DNA from: Acaryochloris marina S15
Lineage (GTDB): Bacteria; Cyanobacteriota; Cyanobacteriia; Thermosynechococcales; Thermosynechococcaceae
NCBI RefSeq assembly: GCF_018336915.1
Contig: NZ_CP064923.1
Coordinates: 5,370,001 to 5,402,000, forward strand
Length of the DNA stretch: 32,000 bases
Direction: 5' to 3'
Each line of letters opens with the position of its first letter. The first letter of the stretch is position 1. The position numbers and the translations under genes are program-made. The notes beneath the pieces are model-generated. The model saw nothing but the letters and a program-made list of their open reading frames with translations. It ran no database searches and was not told the DNA's origin. Shown one piece after another: positions 31,201 through 32,000 of this stretch.

Positions 31201-32000
31201 TATGGCAGGCCTGGACCGTCAGGAGTCGGCAGCTCCTCAGCAGCGACCGAACAACGGAAGCCTTGGCAATTGCAGGGGAAGCAGCGGAGCGCTTTCCCCT
31301 CTTACCCAGAGTTTGGGTGGATTTAGCGATCGTGCATCGTACCCGCAAGGATGATGAGGCAGAAGAACAAGCCCTGCAAACCGCTTTACGAATTAATCCC
31401 GGGTGGGACAGCGCCATTCAACAGTTGGCGGATCTTTATGACCGCACTGATGCTCTAGACAAATGCAAAGCCCTGTTAGAAACAGCCCTGATGCATTCAC
31501 CCCTGGAGGCCTATCTTCATGGCTATCTTGCAGATGCACTGTGGAAACTGGATGGCCAAGAGACCGCACTGCAGCACTTACAGAAGGCCCTTCGCCTTGA
31601 TTCTAACTATGACTGGGGATGGAACAAGTTAAGAGAATGGGCTCAAGCATTGGAGCGTCTGCATCTAACCGCAGATCTGGCTCGGGAGCTAACAGTCACT
31701 CGATCGGGAGAGGCCCAATCCTGGTTGCGGTTAGCTGAGCACCTGGCCGAGGAGGACACGCTGGATGAACGGCTTGCTGCTGTAGATCAGGCGATTGAGC
31801 TCAATCCTTGCTATTGGGATGCCTATGATTTGAAGGCTCGGGTGTTGGCAGCCGCGGAGCGATTTGAGGATGCGATCGCAACCTGTACTCCCACCCAATT
31901 AGATGATGACTTACCCGTATCCTTGGCAGCTCGGGCCGCTTGGATTAAATACCAGCAAGGCAAGTTTGACGAGGCCATCCAAGACATGCAGGCTGTGGTT
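28296..32000 (+). CDS. large TPR-repeat protein with embedded C39-like (papain-fold) cysteine peptidase domain; 3' end outside window
   Basis: Not in the ORF track. ATG at 28296, then 1235 sense codons to base 32000 with no stop; frame spot-checked at 29247, 30000 and 30960. The peptidase-like block is aa ~300-445 (nt ~29193-29630): VRQHHMTCAPATLTTLCAYWG (Cys318, nt 29247-29249), SAHLQAVIGYD (His395, nt 29478-29480), IRDPY (Asp413). TPR-like helical repeats lie on both sides. Confidence 0.85.
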   Translation, partial: MKTSVELSQSVFDRLFALMEQGFYLQAYELCQSVDLLATRQDTATQILAGRLVGYLGAPRQRAAVLLRAWRQNPTDPDALYYYISTRLWRQGPLAAYRLIQKYQPQFERFTPDQQAHWLGLKAQVVLEFRDFDRTDAYLQEAETLAPDDPWITLLRSRLLEQEDNYPEALAMTQQALAQRPWYRPAVLTAAHLHTLLSQDDQALHLLQQATTQLESGELWAQLAALQLELGQYAQAQHSYQQYEQACPLLEKAGQARLWSAQADIAYQMADFNHAHHLAQKLAEYPYYQSLAQRLLDLPEGKRVILPVGFVRQHHMTCAPATLTTLCAYWGISVDHHQIVDSICYNGTSSYSERDWASQQGWAVCEFTVTWDSIIQLIDAGVPFTLSTVEATSAHLQAVIGYDSRLQTLMIRDPYHRGIVEPWAEEFLERYRASGPRGMVILPAKKAGLLETLELPDSRLYDQLHDLQAALLKHDRSTASDWSQRMNGVAPHHRLALQAQFELAYYDSDQASGLTVIEQMLEQFPAAPQLMLQKLQYLQELASRQDCLDWLAHMIEQDQFHPIFWTRLAKLFSDDAKASESAIGLLLRSIGAMPTEAYNYFLLANLYWSQRQFDLALDLYRFAACLEDKEQTYGHSYFLAARGCRQTSVALQLLQQRWHRDQKQSTRPVYALAIAYDHLDRPSEAIEVLEQTQAWHPDDGDLLLYRAKYLGEHGQFAQAHTLLDEAKAKTAHSHWLSTAAKLAQFEYKPDKALDLWQQLVTADPLDIEANRAVSQLLAEQEGVTAAREFLAATCSTFPDHAGLHHLWYEQVQEGDPIVAEQVLQRLVEINPKDAWSWRQIAWQLGRQQQLEAAFETCETAQHLDPHSTAYFTIYGCLCILAKDMPTAKTAFKEAIQRSVDSSRAISELMDICQSIEEQKDVLDFIFQEFQQQVITGDSLFTFYQYARTVLTPADFDQRIQEVHAARPDLWQAWTVRSRQLLSSDRTTEALAIAGEAAERFPLLPRVWVDLAIVHRTRKDDEAEEQALQTALRINPGWDSAIQQLADLYDRTDALDKCKALLETALMHSPLEAYLHGYLADALWKLDGQETALQHLQKALRLDSNYDWGWNKLREWAQALERLHLTADLARELTVTRSGEAQSWLRLAEHLAEEDTLDERLAAVDQAIELNPCYWDAYDLKARVLAAAERFEDAIATCTPTQLDDDLPVSLAARAAWIKYQQGKFDEAIQDMQAVV

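Noticed and set aside
28273-31417. Minus-strand ORFs 28273..28470, 29187..29375 and 31181..31417
   Set aside because: All are antisense to the uninterrupted 1235-codon plus-strand TPR/C39-like ORF.
1-32000. tRNA, rRNA, tmRNA or RNase P genes
   Set aside because: Scanning intergenic regions by eye found no GTTCGAATCC-type T-arm with a matching acceptor stem and no rRNA-like conserved blocks. A tRNAscan/Infernal run would be needed to be certain.

Overview
This is a cyanobacterial chromosomal segment. The HIP1 palindrome GCGATCGC recurs, for example at 215-222, 5894-5901, 5918-5925 and 9147-9154. Bases 1-9670 are mostly housekeeping: dnaG (open to the left edge), thioredoxin, hisIE, an MFS transporter, a cation:proton antiporter, a CIA30-family protein and an FMN reductase, plus two FHA-domain proteins and a DUF4278 protein. 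Bases ~9700-19724 form an AT-richer accessory island full of insertion sequences. It holds an orphan gene, an ISKra4/ISLre2-like transposase broken by one in-frame TGA, a lipoprotein fragment, and a PadR regulator next to a truncated HlyD-type adaptor gene. It also holds an intact ISAs1-family IS (19-bp IRs, 10-bp target duplication), a RAYT-like Y1 transposase, a NACHT/GUN4-like STAND NTPase with a hydrophobic N-terminus, a DUF559 nuclease gene framed by perfect 33-bp inverted repeats, and a 192-bp x ~2.9 tandem array. Bases 19724-32000 hold a lipoprotein gene with an abrupt internal strand-composition break, a rhomboid protease, a receiver-DUF3685 protein, two pentapeptide-repeat proteins, NADAR, YbjQ, a GGCT-like protein and a small secreted protein. 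The last feature is an ORF of more than 1235 codons encoding TPR repeats around a C39-like peptidase domain (28296 to the window end). It is missing from the supplied ORF track because it has no stop codon in the window. I saw no rRNA, tRNA or CRISPR array by eye. The best candidates for undescribed biology are the NACHT-GUN4 protein and its nuclease/repeat neighbourhood, and the TPR-embedded C39-like peptidase. All domain calls rest on motif recognition by eye; no searches were run.
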